A stretch of 63,523 bases of DNA, counting the filler, from Basidioascus undulatus (lineage: Eukaryota): the NCBI GenBank assembly GCA_000826855.1. It is 3 parts of 3 records of this genome, joined end to end, with 100 filler letters (N's around TTAATTAATTAA, not from the genome) between each part and the next. Parts side by side here need not be neighbours in the genome. Positions count along the whole stretch, not along the records: positions 37,489 to 63,523 come from JTLS01000455.1; 2 more parts are not named here. One strand, written 5' to 3'. The stretch's first letter is position 1. Every line of letters begins with the position of its first letter. The position numbers and the translations under genes are program-made. The notes beneath the pieces are model-generated. The model was not told the DNA's origin. It did not search any database and saw only the letters and a program-made list of their open reading frames with translations. Below are positions 39,000-51,543 of the stretch, one piece after another.

Positions 39000-39625
39000 C
39001 CTGCGCTATGCCACGCACAACCACAGCGCTAGAGCTCTACGTAACAAAGGGTGTGATGAACGTTTATGGTTGAGAGTGAGCGCTGTGGGAACTTGTGGAA
39101 TCGAACTGCGTACCGTTTGGCGAGGATAGGGGCTCAGGGGCGCTGCTCGGGCTCGTGCGTCTTGTCGGGCCCCCTCCGCCATGGCAGCCACGATCGGCGG
39201 CATTTTGGGCTAATGGAAGGGGTGTTTTGGTGGGCGTGTTTGGGAGTCGCTGGTGAGTGTAGAAGCGTGAGGTGAACGGGAGCATCTGCGATTGATCTGC
39301 GATAAGAAGGGGAGAGAAGAAATCAGCCGCGGCGCGTCCTCGGCGCGTGCACCGATTCTGCCCCAGCCCTCCCGCTGCGACTGCAGGTACACACTACGGG
39401 TGCATTTCTCAACATTACTCAATGTCAGACAATAGAGCCATGATGAAAGAATTGCTAGTGGGAGCAGAACAACAGCACTCTGCGACACTGACGGCGAACC
39501 CCACACCATCCGCGGTCCGGCGTCTCCTCCCGCCCACCTTGGCCCACATCGCCGCCTCGCTCGTCTGCCCCCTGCCGCTCTCCTCTCGACCCGCATTCGC
39601 CCATCCAGGCTGCCCAGATGCCTCC

Positions 39626-42600
39626 ATGTCCTCCCCGCTCCTCAGGCGTGCCTTAGCAGCGTCTGCGTCTTCCTCATTACGCCCGCACTCCCCCTCCATC
39701 TCTCTCCTGCCCGCGATCCATGTCGCGCGCCGCCGCAAGTCCACCAAGCTCAGCGACCTCCCCAGCGCGCGGAGGACGACGGCCGCTTTGCCCGACGAGT
39801 TGAGGGCGCTCGACGAGGAGGGGAAGCCACTCGAGCCCTTGAGGCAGTATCTGGAGGGCGGGCTGGGGAAGGTGAAGCGCGGGAAGGCAGAGAGGAGGGT
39901 GGTGAAGGGGGAGGAGAAGGGGAAGGGGAAGGGGAAGAAGGGGAAGGGGAAGGGGAAGGGGAAGAAGGCGAAGGCGGAGGTGGAGGAGAAGGAGGAGGAG
40001 GGGTTGGAAGAGACTAAGAACGGTGAGCTCCTTATACGTCTTCTAGTCCTCCTAGACACCCCGCGCACTGACACCTTGATGCCTCCTCACCTTCAGAACC
40101 ACCCCCCTCCCGCTTCCCTCCCCGCGGGCCTCCTCCGCCTGGCTACGACCCCGAATCCCCAACGCACAGAAGTGAGATGCTCGATACCATCGTCGAAGCG
40201 ATACAGCACTGGCCAGACGCGCTCGTCCTCACCCGCGTCGGGTCTTTCTACGAGGTTGGTCTTCCCTCCTGCCCCCTCCCCTCTCCTTCCCCCATTCCTT
40301 CCCTTTCCCCCTCTTTTTGTCTCCCTTCTTTCCCCTTTCCTCGACTTCGCCTGCTCACCCCCACACCCCTCCCCAGGCCTATTTCCACCAAGCCCACGAG
40401 CTCTCGCGCATGCTCTCCTTCGCCATGGCGCGCAAGTCGCACTCCGAGCCGCCGATCATGATGGCCGGCTTCCCGCACGGGCAGCTGGCCAAGCACGTGC
40501 GCACGCTCGTGCTCGAGCACAAGCGGCAGGTTGCCATCATCGACCAGTTCGACAACGAAGTCCCGGGCAAGATCGTCAGGCGCGTCGTGAGGGTCGTTAG
40601 TCCCGGAACGCTGATTGACGAGGTCGGGCTGGACGTGCGTCTTCTAACCACCAACACTTCCTCTTCCGCCCTCTTCCTCTCCTTCCTTCTCACTCTTCTA
40701 AAAATACTCACACTCGGTGGATCTGCCAGCCATTCAGCAACAACTTCCTCCTCGCCCTCTCCCCCTCGCCCACGGACTCAGACCCCTCCGCGCTCGGCCT
40801 GGCATGGACAGATGTCTCGACGGGCGAGACGTTCACCGAGCACGGGACGCTCGCGCGCCTCCCCGACTTCCTCGCGCGCATCACCCCGCGCGAGATCGTC
40901 CTGCCCTCCACCTTGCAGCCCACCTCCGCCTCCGACCCGGCACAGCCACTCCTCGCGTTCCTCAACACTAGCACAGCAACCGCCGACACAGTCGCGCTGT
41001 TCTTCGCTTCCCCCACTCCCTCTTCTTCCTCCTCCTCAACCACCTCCGCCTCCGCCTCCTCCGTCTCTTCTGACGACGACTCCGCCGAATCCCTCGCCAT
41101 AACCCCCTCCGAGCATTCCGCCCTCGCGCTTCTCCAAGCGCGCGTGCGCGACGCGATCCTCGAGCATCCACCCGAAGTCGCTCCCGCGCCGAAGGCGGCC
41201 GAGTCTGCGCGGCTCGAGCTCGACGCGCAAACGATCCGCGGGCTCGAGCTGAGGCAGACGATGCGCGAGGGCCGCGCGGCGGGGAGCCTAATGAGCGCCG
41301 TGAGGAGGACGGCCACGCGCGCAGGGGCGCGGCTGTTTGCGGATTGGCTGTGTTCGTCTTCCCTACCCCTTCTTTCTTTCGGGGCGAGATGTACTGACAA
41401 CTATGAGAGATGTATGAACAGGTGCCCCCTCCGCCCACCTCCCCACTATCGCCTCCCGCCACGCGATCGTCGCCGCGCTCCACGCGCGGCCGCACCTACG
41501 GCAAGACCTACGGGACGTCCTCTCAGCAATGGACGACGGCCCGCGGGTGCTGCAGAGGTTCCTTTCGGGGCGGGGCAAAGCCGGGACGCTCCTGCAGCTC
41601 AAGAACGTCATGCTCCGGACGGAGGAGGTTGTCGTGCGCCTGTGGGAGGAGATGGATCTCGACAGCCGGAGCGAGGCGCAGGGCGGGTGGAAGGACTTGA
41701 CGGAGCTGCTGGGGAGGTTTAGGGATGTGGGGGGGCTCGCGAAGAAGATCGAGGGGAGCGTCGTGGAGGAGGTGTTGCAGCGGAAGGAGATGGAGCAGGA
41801 GCGCCTGGCGGAGGAGGCGGAGGCTGCGTCGGCTTCGGCTGTTGAGGATGGGTCGGAGGAGGGGGAGGAGGAGGACGAGCCCCGCACCGCTTCGCCGAAG
41901 AAGAAGAGCGCAGCCAAGAAGAAGGAGGAGGGCGCGGGGGACCCGAAGTGGCTGGACGACTATGAGCGGTCCATCCGGAGCGAGTGCGCTGCGTTTCTTT
42001 CGCTATACCGCACACGCTCGCTGGTTGGGTGAAGGGCTAACGAGAACACCGACACCAACACCCACAGCCACTCGCCCTCCTTCGCCGCGCTGCACGCGGA
42101 GCTCGACGCGCTCTACGCCCAGCGCGGCGAGCTGCTCGCTTCCCTCACCAAGAAGCTCGGTGCGTGTCTTCTTTCGCTCTTCTTCCTCGCTTCACCCTCC
42201 TTCGTAGTCACGTCCCTGAAGCCGGCCCCTTCCCCTCCTAGTCCCGCCCCACTTGCGCACCAAGCGCCACATCGGCCTGCGCAGCACCGCGCGCCTAGGG
42301 CACCACGTGCACGTCCCACGTGACTCGGACTTCGCTGCGATCAAGGACGACCCGCAGTGGCGGCTCGTCTCGAGCACGGGCTCGGGGTCGAACTACGCCG
42401 CGAGCTACTACGTCCCGGTGCGTTGTGTCTTGTTGATGTCTGTGGTGCACAAGGGTGCTGAAATCGGAGAGCGCAGGCCTGGTTCGAGCTCAAGAAGCAG
42501 ATCGTCGCGCTGCATGAGGACCTGGAGAAGGCGGAGAAGGAGACGTTCAAGGAGTTCCAGAAACAAGTGGGTCGCTTTCAGTCCTCGTTCTCGGGTCACA

Positions 42601-43909
42601 AGGTGTCAGTATCCCTGACGCTGATACGCTCTGCGATCGCAGCTCGCGGACGCCGCCGACGCCTTGCGCAACAACAACGCGCTGATCTCCGAGATCGACG
42701 TCCTGCTCGGGTTTGCCGAACTCGCGCAGCAGCTGCGCTGGGTCCAGCCGACCATGAACGACAGGTGCACATTATGTCGATATTTGTCGAACATCGCACG
42801 CTGAACAAACCCTGCACCTGCAGCCGCGCGTTTACGATCAAGGCCGGCAGACACCCGAGCGTCGAACGCGCGCTTAGCAAGTCCCTCCAGGCGTTCACGT
42901 CCAATGACGCACACCTCGACGAGGCGTCCCGGATCCGCGTGATCGTCGGTCCGAACATGGTGCATCTGCGTCTGCGTCTCCTTGCCGCACCTACATAAAA
43001 AGAAATTAGAATCTGACAGGCACCTCGCGTGTGCGCGATGACAGGGCGGGAAGTCGACCTACCTCCGCCAGAACGCAATCATCGCCATACTGGCCCAGGG
43101 CGGGTCGTTCGTCCCCGCTGATCACGCCGAGATCGGCCTGGTCGACCGCATATTCTCTCGCATCGGCGCGAGCGACGACCTTGCGCAAGGCAAGAGCACC
43201 TTCATGGTGCGTGTTCTCCCACCCAGTCCTACGGTTCTGTTGCACCTGCTTACACCCTGACGTCCTGCAGGTCGAGATGAGCGAGTCGGCGGAGATCTTG
43301 AAGGGTGCGACAGAGCGGTCGCTGGTGAGCCTCCCCTTCCTCTTTCCATCGAATGTTTGGCTACGAGCTTGCTCTGATCCAAGACGGCTTGCTCTTCGCT
43401 CGTGCAGGTGATCATGGACGAAGTTGGGCGAGGCACGACGTCCTCGGACGGCCTCGCCATCGCCTTCGCCATCCTCAAGCACCTCCTCAGCATCAACCGC
43501 TCGCGCACACTCTTCGCCACGCACTTCCACCAACTCGCCGACATGCTCGGGCACGGCTCACCCGCCGGCCTGGCGGAGGGCGTCGAGTTCTTCTGCACTG
43601 ACATTGAAGAGGCGGAGGTGCGACTCGGCCTTTTCTTCTCGCTTTTCGTTCCCCAGCTGACTTCTTTCCCTTGCAAAATCTCGCGCATCGCAGGACGGCA
43701 GCTTCTCCTTCACGCACACCATCCGGCCGGGCATCACGCGTGACAGCCACGGCCTGCGAATCGCGCAGCTCGCGGGCGTACCGCCTGAGGTGATGCGGGT
43801 CGCGCGGAGCGCGCTGGAGGCCATCCGGGAGCGCGACGGGGCGGAGAAGGCGTGGTCGTCGGAGGAGGTGGGGCGGCTCAAAGACGCTACTGACCTGCAT
43901 CGGACGTGA
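39626..43909 (+). CDS. MSH1: Mitochondrial MutS homolog
   Basis: Presequence [107 protein letters not shown]. Confidence 0.95.
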
Positions 43910-44723
43910 GGATCTCGGAAGCATCGCATTGTCACCACTGTTTACCTGGACGAACATCTCTCGCATTCTCGCAATTTGTACTGTTTTGTTGTCGCACACA
44001 TCATGCAGCACTATCGCATTGCCGGTTGGATGGTCCTCCAGATACAGTCTTCCCTTGTAGCACAACTACACCCCTGATACCCGCAATACGTATATGGGTT
44101 TTTGGAGGTGTGCGCCCTGTGATCGCGTAAGTCTTACGGCTTCGCGTTTCTCGTGGTATATTAGGGTTCTATGCGGGTGTTTCCTTTCGATCCGCCATTC
44201 GGTTGAGTTTGTGGGCCTCACGGTCATGCTTTGAATAAGTTGTTGAACCGACTTGGGGAATTGCAACCGTGGACAGTTCCTTAAAGGGGGGGAGGCGGTA
44301 AAAAGGGGGAGGCGGTAAAAAGGTCATTCCCTTCCCATACGGTAAAGCTGTATCGTCCATTCAAAGGGTGGAGCGCTGGTGTTTTAATCCCCCGAAATCA
44401 TACGCTGAGATTGGGGCTTCAGAGTTGCTCAAGTAGGATCAGTGCGTGCGCGTGTCAGACGGTCTCGCGTGAGGCAAGTATGGATGGGGGCGAGGACGGT
44501 ACTCGTCAACAAGTCCTGATTCTCCTTTCGTCGCCAACTGTCAGTGTCACTGTCTGCCCTCCTGTTCTATTTCTTGAGGCGAGTACCATCTGGGTTCGAG
44601 ACGTTCGAGTGTGCAGCCTGTACGCAGTGCACAATCGCACATTCGGCGTAGCGAGGTTTACAGTGGCTGGGGGGCTATGCTTGAGCTGAATGCAGAGGCA
44701 CGTGTTTTAAGGATTTTTTACAT

Positions 44724-45288
44724 TGTTTGAATGTGCTTCACTGACACCGGGATTTGGACACGTGAGTACTGGCCTCCTTGGGTGTGCTCCTCACCGCTAT
44801 GGCCACGCACACTCGCCGTGTCCCCTCCCCTCCGTCCTCCTGCCCCATAACGCCCTTCCTTGTATGAATTCCAGGCCACATAATACCAATACATCATACA
44901 AGTGGTCTCAATGTGGTTCCCCATCAAGCGCGTACGCGGGCAACCAGACACGAGAGTGGGCATGTCACGCAGCCAGGCCAGACGCGTCCTGTGCAGTAAA
45001 TTGCGCTGGGGAACTATCCTTCACGGAGGGGTACGACACACACCCTTATACGGCCGGGTCCGGGCCAGGACACCCGTCTCTCGAGGTTCCTGGGCCCGCG
45101 ACCCGCTTTGGTGTCCAGTGCCCACGTTCGCGTCCCAGCCTTTTGTCCGAGCCCTAACATTCCATCGCCTCACGGTACCGCAAGGGCGCCAAGCAAGCGA
45201 CCTCAGCCTCGCTCTCTGCCATTACCAGACCATTAACGAACCTAAACTCTTGAATACGACCATGCCGCCAGCGAGGTCGTGTTAGACA
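44724..45288. mobile_element. Possible solo LTR
   Basis: About 565 bp bounded by TGTTTGA...TTAGACA (TG..CA with an imperfect inverted repeat), internal TATA-like TTATAC, non-coding; no target-site duplication found. Confidence 0.25.
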
Positions 45289-45494
45289 AGCTAAAGCGTG
45301 ACACCTGCCTTCAAAATGGCTGAGGATACCTAGGCGGATGTCGTGCTCTGAACGGAGAAAGCACAACGGGTTCGGGGCGGTCCCAGCGAGTCCTACTCGG
45401 CTCTGTTGTAGCAGACGGGTCCCATCTAGCAGTGTGGGTCTTTGCTGTCGTTCCTCAGTTCCCCCTTTCGAGACGGAGATGCCCCAGCGTGCAT

Positions 45495-45546
45495 GAAGCT
45501 GGGCGGAACTGGCAGCTGGGCGGAACCGCCAGTTCCGCCCAGCTTC
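45495..45546. repeat. Perfect 19-bp inverted repeat with a 14-nt spacer
   Basis: GAAGCTGGGCGGAACTGGC (45495-45513) and GCCAGTTCCGCCCAGCTTC (45528-45546). Confidence 0.95.
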
Positions 45547-46366
45547 TCAGAACCAGGTTGAAACTGAGAGTAGGTCGGAGAATGCGGCTTATCCTCACTT
45601 ACAATGCATGAAATCTCCTGAAGAGAGGTGAGACCCGTGCCCGTCGACGAGGTCGTGTAAGCGCACCCGGAACAAAGGTCGGGTTCGAGCTGGCACTCTG
45701 GCAGCGCGGATCGTCAGAGGCTCCCTAAGAATGCAGCACGGCGCGCGCTCCAGCTGGCCTTGGCTCAAAAACGACCACGGCGGCTGTGTAAGGGAGCGAG
45801 CGCCTACACGTGATCCCCCCGATGCGGAGACAGGGTGTCAGAGGGGATTGCTGTGCCGTCTGCGCTCCTACTCGCGCGTACCAGAGCCGTCTCTAATCGC
45901 CTCTTTTCACGAGTTCGCTGCGATGGTGGGAAGGGAGGTTTTAGAGAGGAAGGGAGAAGAGGATGATGGGGTCCAGAGGGAAGCTGTGCGCAGGCTGTAG
46001 ACGAGCTGGCGACAGCGAAGTTCTGAAATTGCTTCCGCTCGCCCGGCACCGCCCTCCCCCATTTTTACCCTAATGAAATGGAATGTTAATCATAGCAAGT
46101 TCGGAGCGGTAAAGGCAGGAAATCTGTTATTCCGGCAGAGTCCCGGTAGAATTAGAAAGTAACCACAGGCGAAAGAGGCCAATATCGCGACGGGCGGGAT
46201 GCCTTTCGACTTACTTGGCACTACTGACCATCACAGGCTATGCAGATTCCAGTTCAACGACACACTGTCTTAACCTTTATTCAACCAACCAAGGGATATA
46301 ACTTGACCGACAGCCAAACAACGCAGCGGGGTCTCTAGAGAAGCAGCATTTCATCGCATCCGCGTC

Positions 46367-49083
46367 CTAAAGCTCCATTCGCATCTTCTCGCCCCATCTG
46401 TCCTCTAACCAAGCTCTCAACCAGATCCCCGCCTTCTTGATAGCAAAATCCCCCTTCAGATCATCATTCAGGCACAGAAGCGCCGTGTTCGCCCGCGCGC
46501 GATGGACCAGCTCGAGCTGGGCCTGCGCAGGGCTCGTGATGGACACGAAGCGTGAGGGAGTCGCGCCGAGCGCGTACGCGTAGCGCTGCAGAAGGCGGAG
46601 GACGAATGCGCGTGGGTTGGGAGGAAGGGGAGAAGTATCGGAGGTCGGGGAGCGGAGTTCCAGGGGAAGGTATGCGGGTGAGGGATTGGGGTCGGTAGGG
46701 GATGAGGTGGGCGGTGGGAGGAAGGCGGATATACCAGATGCGCCTGTCGCGCTCAGAAGCGCGGAAATGACTGGAAACCATCTCAGTCAGTCCAAAAGCT
46801 TAAAATTATGAGAAAGAACGCCGAAGGCTTACCGTGGTCGCCGCATCGTGGCTTGTCCACTAGGAGCCACCGGAAGAGCGCGTACGCGGGTTCCCCATCA
46901 GTGCCGATACAGTCGTTGCGCTTGAGGATTCCACGCGAGGGCCACGTCCCCGAAGCCTCGGCAGTCAAGTCTGGGAGACCTTCGACTTGGGGAATGTTGT
47001 TACCCTGTGGGAGGGGGAGGTACGACGTCGGGTAGCCATCTTGCGAAGCTGCGGCAGGAAGTACGTCAGGAAACCGGTGCTGTACGAAGGGCAAATGTAC
47101 TGTTAAGAATCACAGATACGCACTGAAGATGTACTCGGTGTCACCCTGCAATTCGGGGTTCTTCGAGCCCGGCGGTCTTAGCCCGGCTGCTCGCATCTCC
47201 TCCTCAATATGCGATCTCCCCTCCCGCTTGGGCCAAACGAGCTTGATCTCCGGCACTGTCTCCTCTCCGCCCAGCTCCTCCCACATAGCCTTCTTCGCCT
47301 CCTCACCAATCCACGCGTTCACCCCGCCCCACTTCGCGACAGCCCAACTCCAGAGGAGCGCCTCGCGGTGGCGCTCGATGACGAAGTGCGTGGCGAGGAA
47401 GATCGTGTGCACCTCGGGCACGTCCTTGTTCGAGCCCCGGAAGCGATTCAGCGGGGTGGAGGTGAAGGTATCCTGGAAGACGAGGGACGCTTCGTGCAGG
47501 AGTGAGAGGGAGAGGGAACGGGCGTTGTGGGCTAGGGCCATCGGTGCCGTTCCGTCAGCGCTCAGCGACACTTCCACCCCTCACTGTCTACCAACGCACC
47601 TAGATAGGGGCGTCGACGGCGCCCGAAACGTTCGTCTGGAACACCGTCAGCATGGCTCATGGATGTCGTAGAAAGCCTTCAGAAGGACGTACTGAGCAAG
47701 AGCCCGCTCCAAGCCAGCGCCCGCCACTCGCCTGTTCCTGCCTGGTTCCCGCCGTCCGAGCCCTGCACGAGCAGATCAGGCTGTATCCGAAAGACTTTCC
47801 GACAGCGTTAGATTATGTTGTGAGCTTGAGCGGTCCGAGAGGAACTCACCTGGCCCATACAGCGACGAGTGGAACGCTGAGGGCGGGAGGGGCAGCGCAA
47901 GGAACTGGTCGTCGTTGAAAGCAATGCTGCAGAGCGTGGGGAGTTAGCTTCCCGGAAGCAAGAGGCTGAATTACGATAGAAACACACATGTTGTCTGAGA
48001 CTTGTGCAGGGTCGAGGTTCGCTAGCTGGCTCTCGATTGCGAAGCTGTTGAACGACGGGAGCGCTCGCTCGCGCCAGCCGGTGAGGTCGATCTCGGACAT
48101 GTTTCCCGAGGGAGTGATCGGTCGAAAGAAATCATGATCTGAAATGGTCTATCAGACAGAGTAACGCATCGTCAAACAAAGGGAGCATGACGTACGATGA
48201 TGCAGCAGAAGACGCTCCTCGCCTTCGCCCCGTTCCTCCTCCAGCGCGTCGAGGTCCAGCCACTGCGGTACCTGTGCGAGCCGCTTCCCCTCCGTATCCG
48301 TTTCATTAAGGCCGGCTGCACCATACCCGTCGGGCACGTCCATATCGGCGGTGACGAGGTGCCATGTGCTCGAGCTCGGCCACGAAGCCGTCGCCGCCTT
48401 CGCGGCGCGCATCGAGTGCCGCAGCTCGTCATGGTCCCGGAACTGCTTCTCGGCAGGCCGCACGCTTTTAGCTGGCGTGTGCTTCTCTCGGACGGCCCGA
48501 TGGAGTGGGTCGCTGTGGGCGAACACGGGAAACGTTGGGTCAGCGCGGGGCATGAGAAGTACGCAAAGAAGACGCTGGCTCACGAGCCGTTGACCCAGAG
48601 CCACGTGAGGTCTACCCTCGGCTCCGACAGCTTAACGTCCATGCACGTGCCGGCCCAGCGGCCGCGCCCGATCCACTCCTCGAGGCATTCGTCCGTGATC
48701 GCCTCGTGCGCCTGTCTGGCGCGTACCTGCGCGTCCGCGACGGCGGGCGGCACGGGCTTGAAGAGGCGGTAGAAGTTCTCGGGGTCGGCTGCGGGCACGT
48801 ACGCGGACTCGGGCGGCTCGGGGGGTTCCGCTGGTGATGGTGGGCTGAGGGGAGCGGGGGAGGACGAGGACGAGGCGGAGAAGAAGACGGTGGGGACGAC
48901 GCGGAGGAGGAAGAAGAGCGAGCAGAGCCCGCCGAGGGCGATGTAGACTACGCGCTGAAAGGGCGGAGTGAGGTGGACGAGTAGGGTGTGCGGTGATAGA
49001 GGGCTTGGTGGACGTGCGGAGGACGAAGTGGGGGGTGTGGAAGGATCCTGGGAGAGGGGTATGTAGTCCGCTGTGGGAGCCAT
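46367..49083 (-). CDS. Stealth-family hexose/xylose-phosphate transferase (Xpt1-like), type II membrane protein, apparently intact
   Basis: TM helix VVYIALGGLCSLFFLL; VDLTWLWVNGS|DP, FRDHDELRHSMR, LPSFNSFAIE, ERHREALLWSW, LLCLNDDL...DRWGEKMRMEL*. Confidence 0.88.
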
Positions 49084-50471
49084 GGGGTCTGCAACTGGGG
49101 AGTCAGCGCATGTTTACAGCGGCTCAAAGACGACCAAATCTTACCTCGAGAACGAAAGGGTATCGTGCGATCCTTAAAGCGGTGCGTATCCGGGGTATCG
49201 AGGCGTCGCGAAGACGCTGATGAAACGGAGGCTGTTGATATGGGAAGGTCAGCGTCGACGTCCGTGACGATCGGCTCTTAGTGTATGATCGAGAGTGAGC
49301 GATGAGCAGAGAGTCTCGAAAGACTGTAGAGCTGCTTTTTCCACATCGATCGAAGGAGAGAGGATTGCCAAGCACTCGGTGCGAGTTTCGAGAGGAGTTG
49401 AGCAACGGTAGCGCATGTGGTGCGGCGGACCACACATCGATGTGGAGTAGGCGAACAGCTCTGCACCTCTGGCTCATAGGGAAAACAAGTTTGGGACTCA
49501 CGGGAGGAAGAAGAGGTCGCAAACACAGATCTACGTCGAAGATGATGATGGTTGAGTCCATCGACCACCTGCTGCTTCTCCGTCTTCTCGTCCCGGTCCT
49601 GGAGCTGCTCGTGTGCCATGTTCTGCAATTGCCGTCGACACCGCTCCGCCGGGCGCCGTGGCGCTGTATTATGCGCCAAGATCGCCGCGGCAATGCGGCA
49701 GACTGCTCCGGCGTCGACCGACGCCCGAGGTTTGACAGAAATGACGGTGCACAAGCGATGCACCTGAAAATATGGTAGATGGTTACGTAATGGCGGGTAT
49801 TGCCTGCTTCGCCTTGGTGTCCTCAAGTGTTGGTTCTCGTCCGCAGGATTCAGTTGCACACGGAGAACAAAGCAAGAGCAGTGCAATGCGTCAAAGACTA
49901 CTCAAGGAGGAAGTGTACAAACAGACCCATCAAAAACGGGAGATAGGCAGGATCAAAGCAGTTTACAGCAGCTGCGAACGCCCAAAAAGTCAAGAAGAGT
50001 GCAGGCAACACCATGGGTACAAGCAAGCATGTGGGAAAACAAAGAGGCAAGAGGGGTACAAGAGTTAGAGAAACGGAAAGGCCGGCGACGCAAAGCCACC
50101 GTAGAACGAATGTGTGTGTATGCTAGCAATGCAAGTCCGTACAAGTCCGTGCGGTGGTTTTATATGTGGATATCGGAACGACGCGGGGACGTTGGGTCCG
50201 ACGGTCTGGTGGGAAGACGGGGTATGTGTGCAACTAGGTGTGAAGGATGAGGGGGGCAAGTTCGGATGGGAATAGGAGTGCGGTATGTTAGTGTGAGGGT
50301 TCGATGCTCGAGGTCCATGCGGCTGTGCTGGGCTTCCGAAGAGAAGAAAGGGACATAGAGGGAGGAATTGTCCAAGCGATTAGCTGAAAAGGAGTTGACG
50401 ATAGTGGAAGTCAGCACTGGGCGAGAGGCGGACATAGACTCTGCGCTAGCGACTCACCCGGAAAGATTCGT

Positions 50472-51543
50472 CTACAAGTCCTCCCTACCCATCGCCGGCG
50501 GCCCATGCCCGCTCTCACTGACGCCATGCGGCCTGCCCAGCCTGCTCGGACGCTCGCCCTCCCCCTGCCAAGCATGCGACGGTGGCGGCCCCCTCCAGCT
50601 GCCCGCCCTTCGCGTGCCCGCACCCTCCCACCGCGGATACCCCTGCGGGTATGCCTCGGGCGCGAGCGGCTGGGGCGTGACAATCTCGATGCGGCTGTGC
50701 GGGCTGTGCGGGGCGCCGCGGCGCGTGCCGGGCGACGAGTACGACGCGAACGAGTTGGAGTCGGCGAAGCCCTCGTCCGAGGACGCATTCGAGGAGCCCG
50801 GCGTGCCGCCCCGGGACGACGAGCGCGGGAGGGAGAGGAGCGCCTCGCTCGCGCCCGTGCTCCGGCGGCGGTGGTGCTCGTAGGACACGAGCGCGGGGGA
50901 GGGGTAGCTCAGCGGCATGGACGCGCGCCGCATTTCGGGAGGGTTAAGTGTCGAGGATGCGGAGGACTGGGAGGGGGGAAGGGTCGGCGGAATAGGCGGT
51001 ACCCAGTCGTAGTCGTCCGAGTCGACCCGCGCAGCTTCGGCCGCTGCGGCAATCTTGCGCTGACGGCGCCATCGGTATATCCGGTAGAGGATAAACAGCG
51101 CGATGAGCGCTGCCGCAGCGGAGACGAGGCCTACGCCGACGGGCGGCAGGCCGCCGGTAGAGGAGCGGCCTGCTGCGTCGACGGGCGAGGAGTGGGAGTC
51201 GGAGCCGGAAGAGGGCGAGGGGATCTTGTCTCCGGCGTCTGTCGCAGCGGCAGCGACTGCGGTGAACTGCTGCCGTGAAGGGGGTTAGACATGCGGACTT
51301 GTCGGTCGGGGACAGCGGGCAAGGGGGACGCACGGATGTGGATTCGGCTAAAGAGGAAGGGGAAGCGGAGGAGGCGGTGGAAGATGTGGCGGTGGAGGAC
51401 GATCGGGCTGAAGAGACGGAAGCGGTGCTCGCTGTGGACGAGGCAGCCGCCGTGCTAGCCATTCGCGAGGCCGAGGACGAGCTCGCCGCTGTGGGCGTGG
51501 CCGTTCGGGCTGAGGTCGACGATGACGAGACTGCGGAGCTCAT
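50472..51543 (-). CDS. Ser/Thr-rich single-pass membrane protein (Mid2/Wsc-like architecture, no signal peptide)
   Basis: S/T/A-rich N-terminus, one intron, TM VGVGLVSAAAALIALFILY followed by RIYRWRRQRK, disordered tail with RGAPHSPHSRIEIVTPQPL. Confidence 0.65.

Noticed and set aside
44288..44321. 17-bp direct repeat GGGGGAGGCGGTAAAAA x2
   Set aside because: Only two adjacent copies with no spacers; a simple tandem duplication, not an array.
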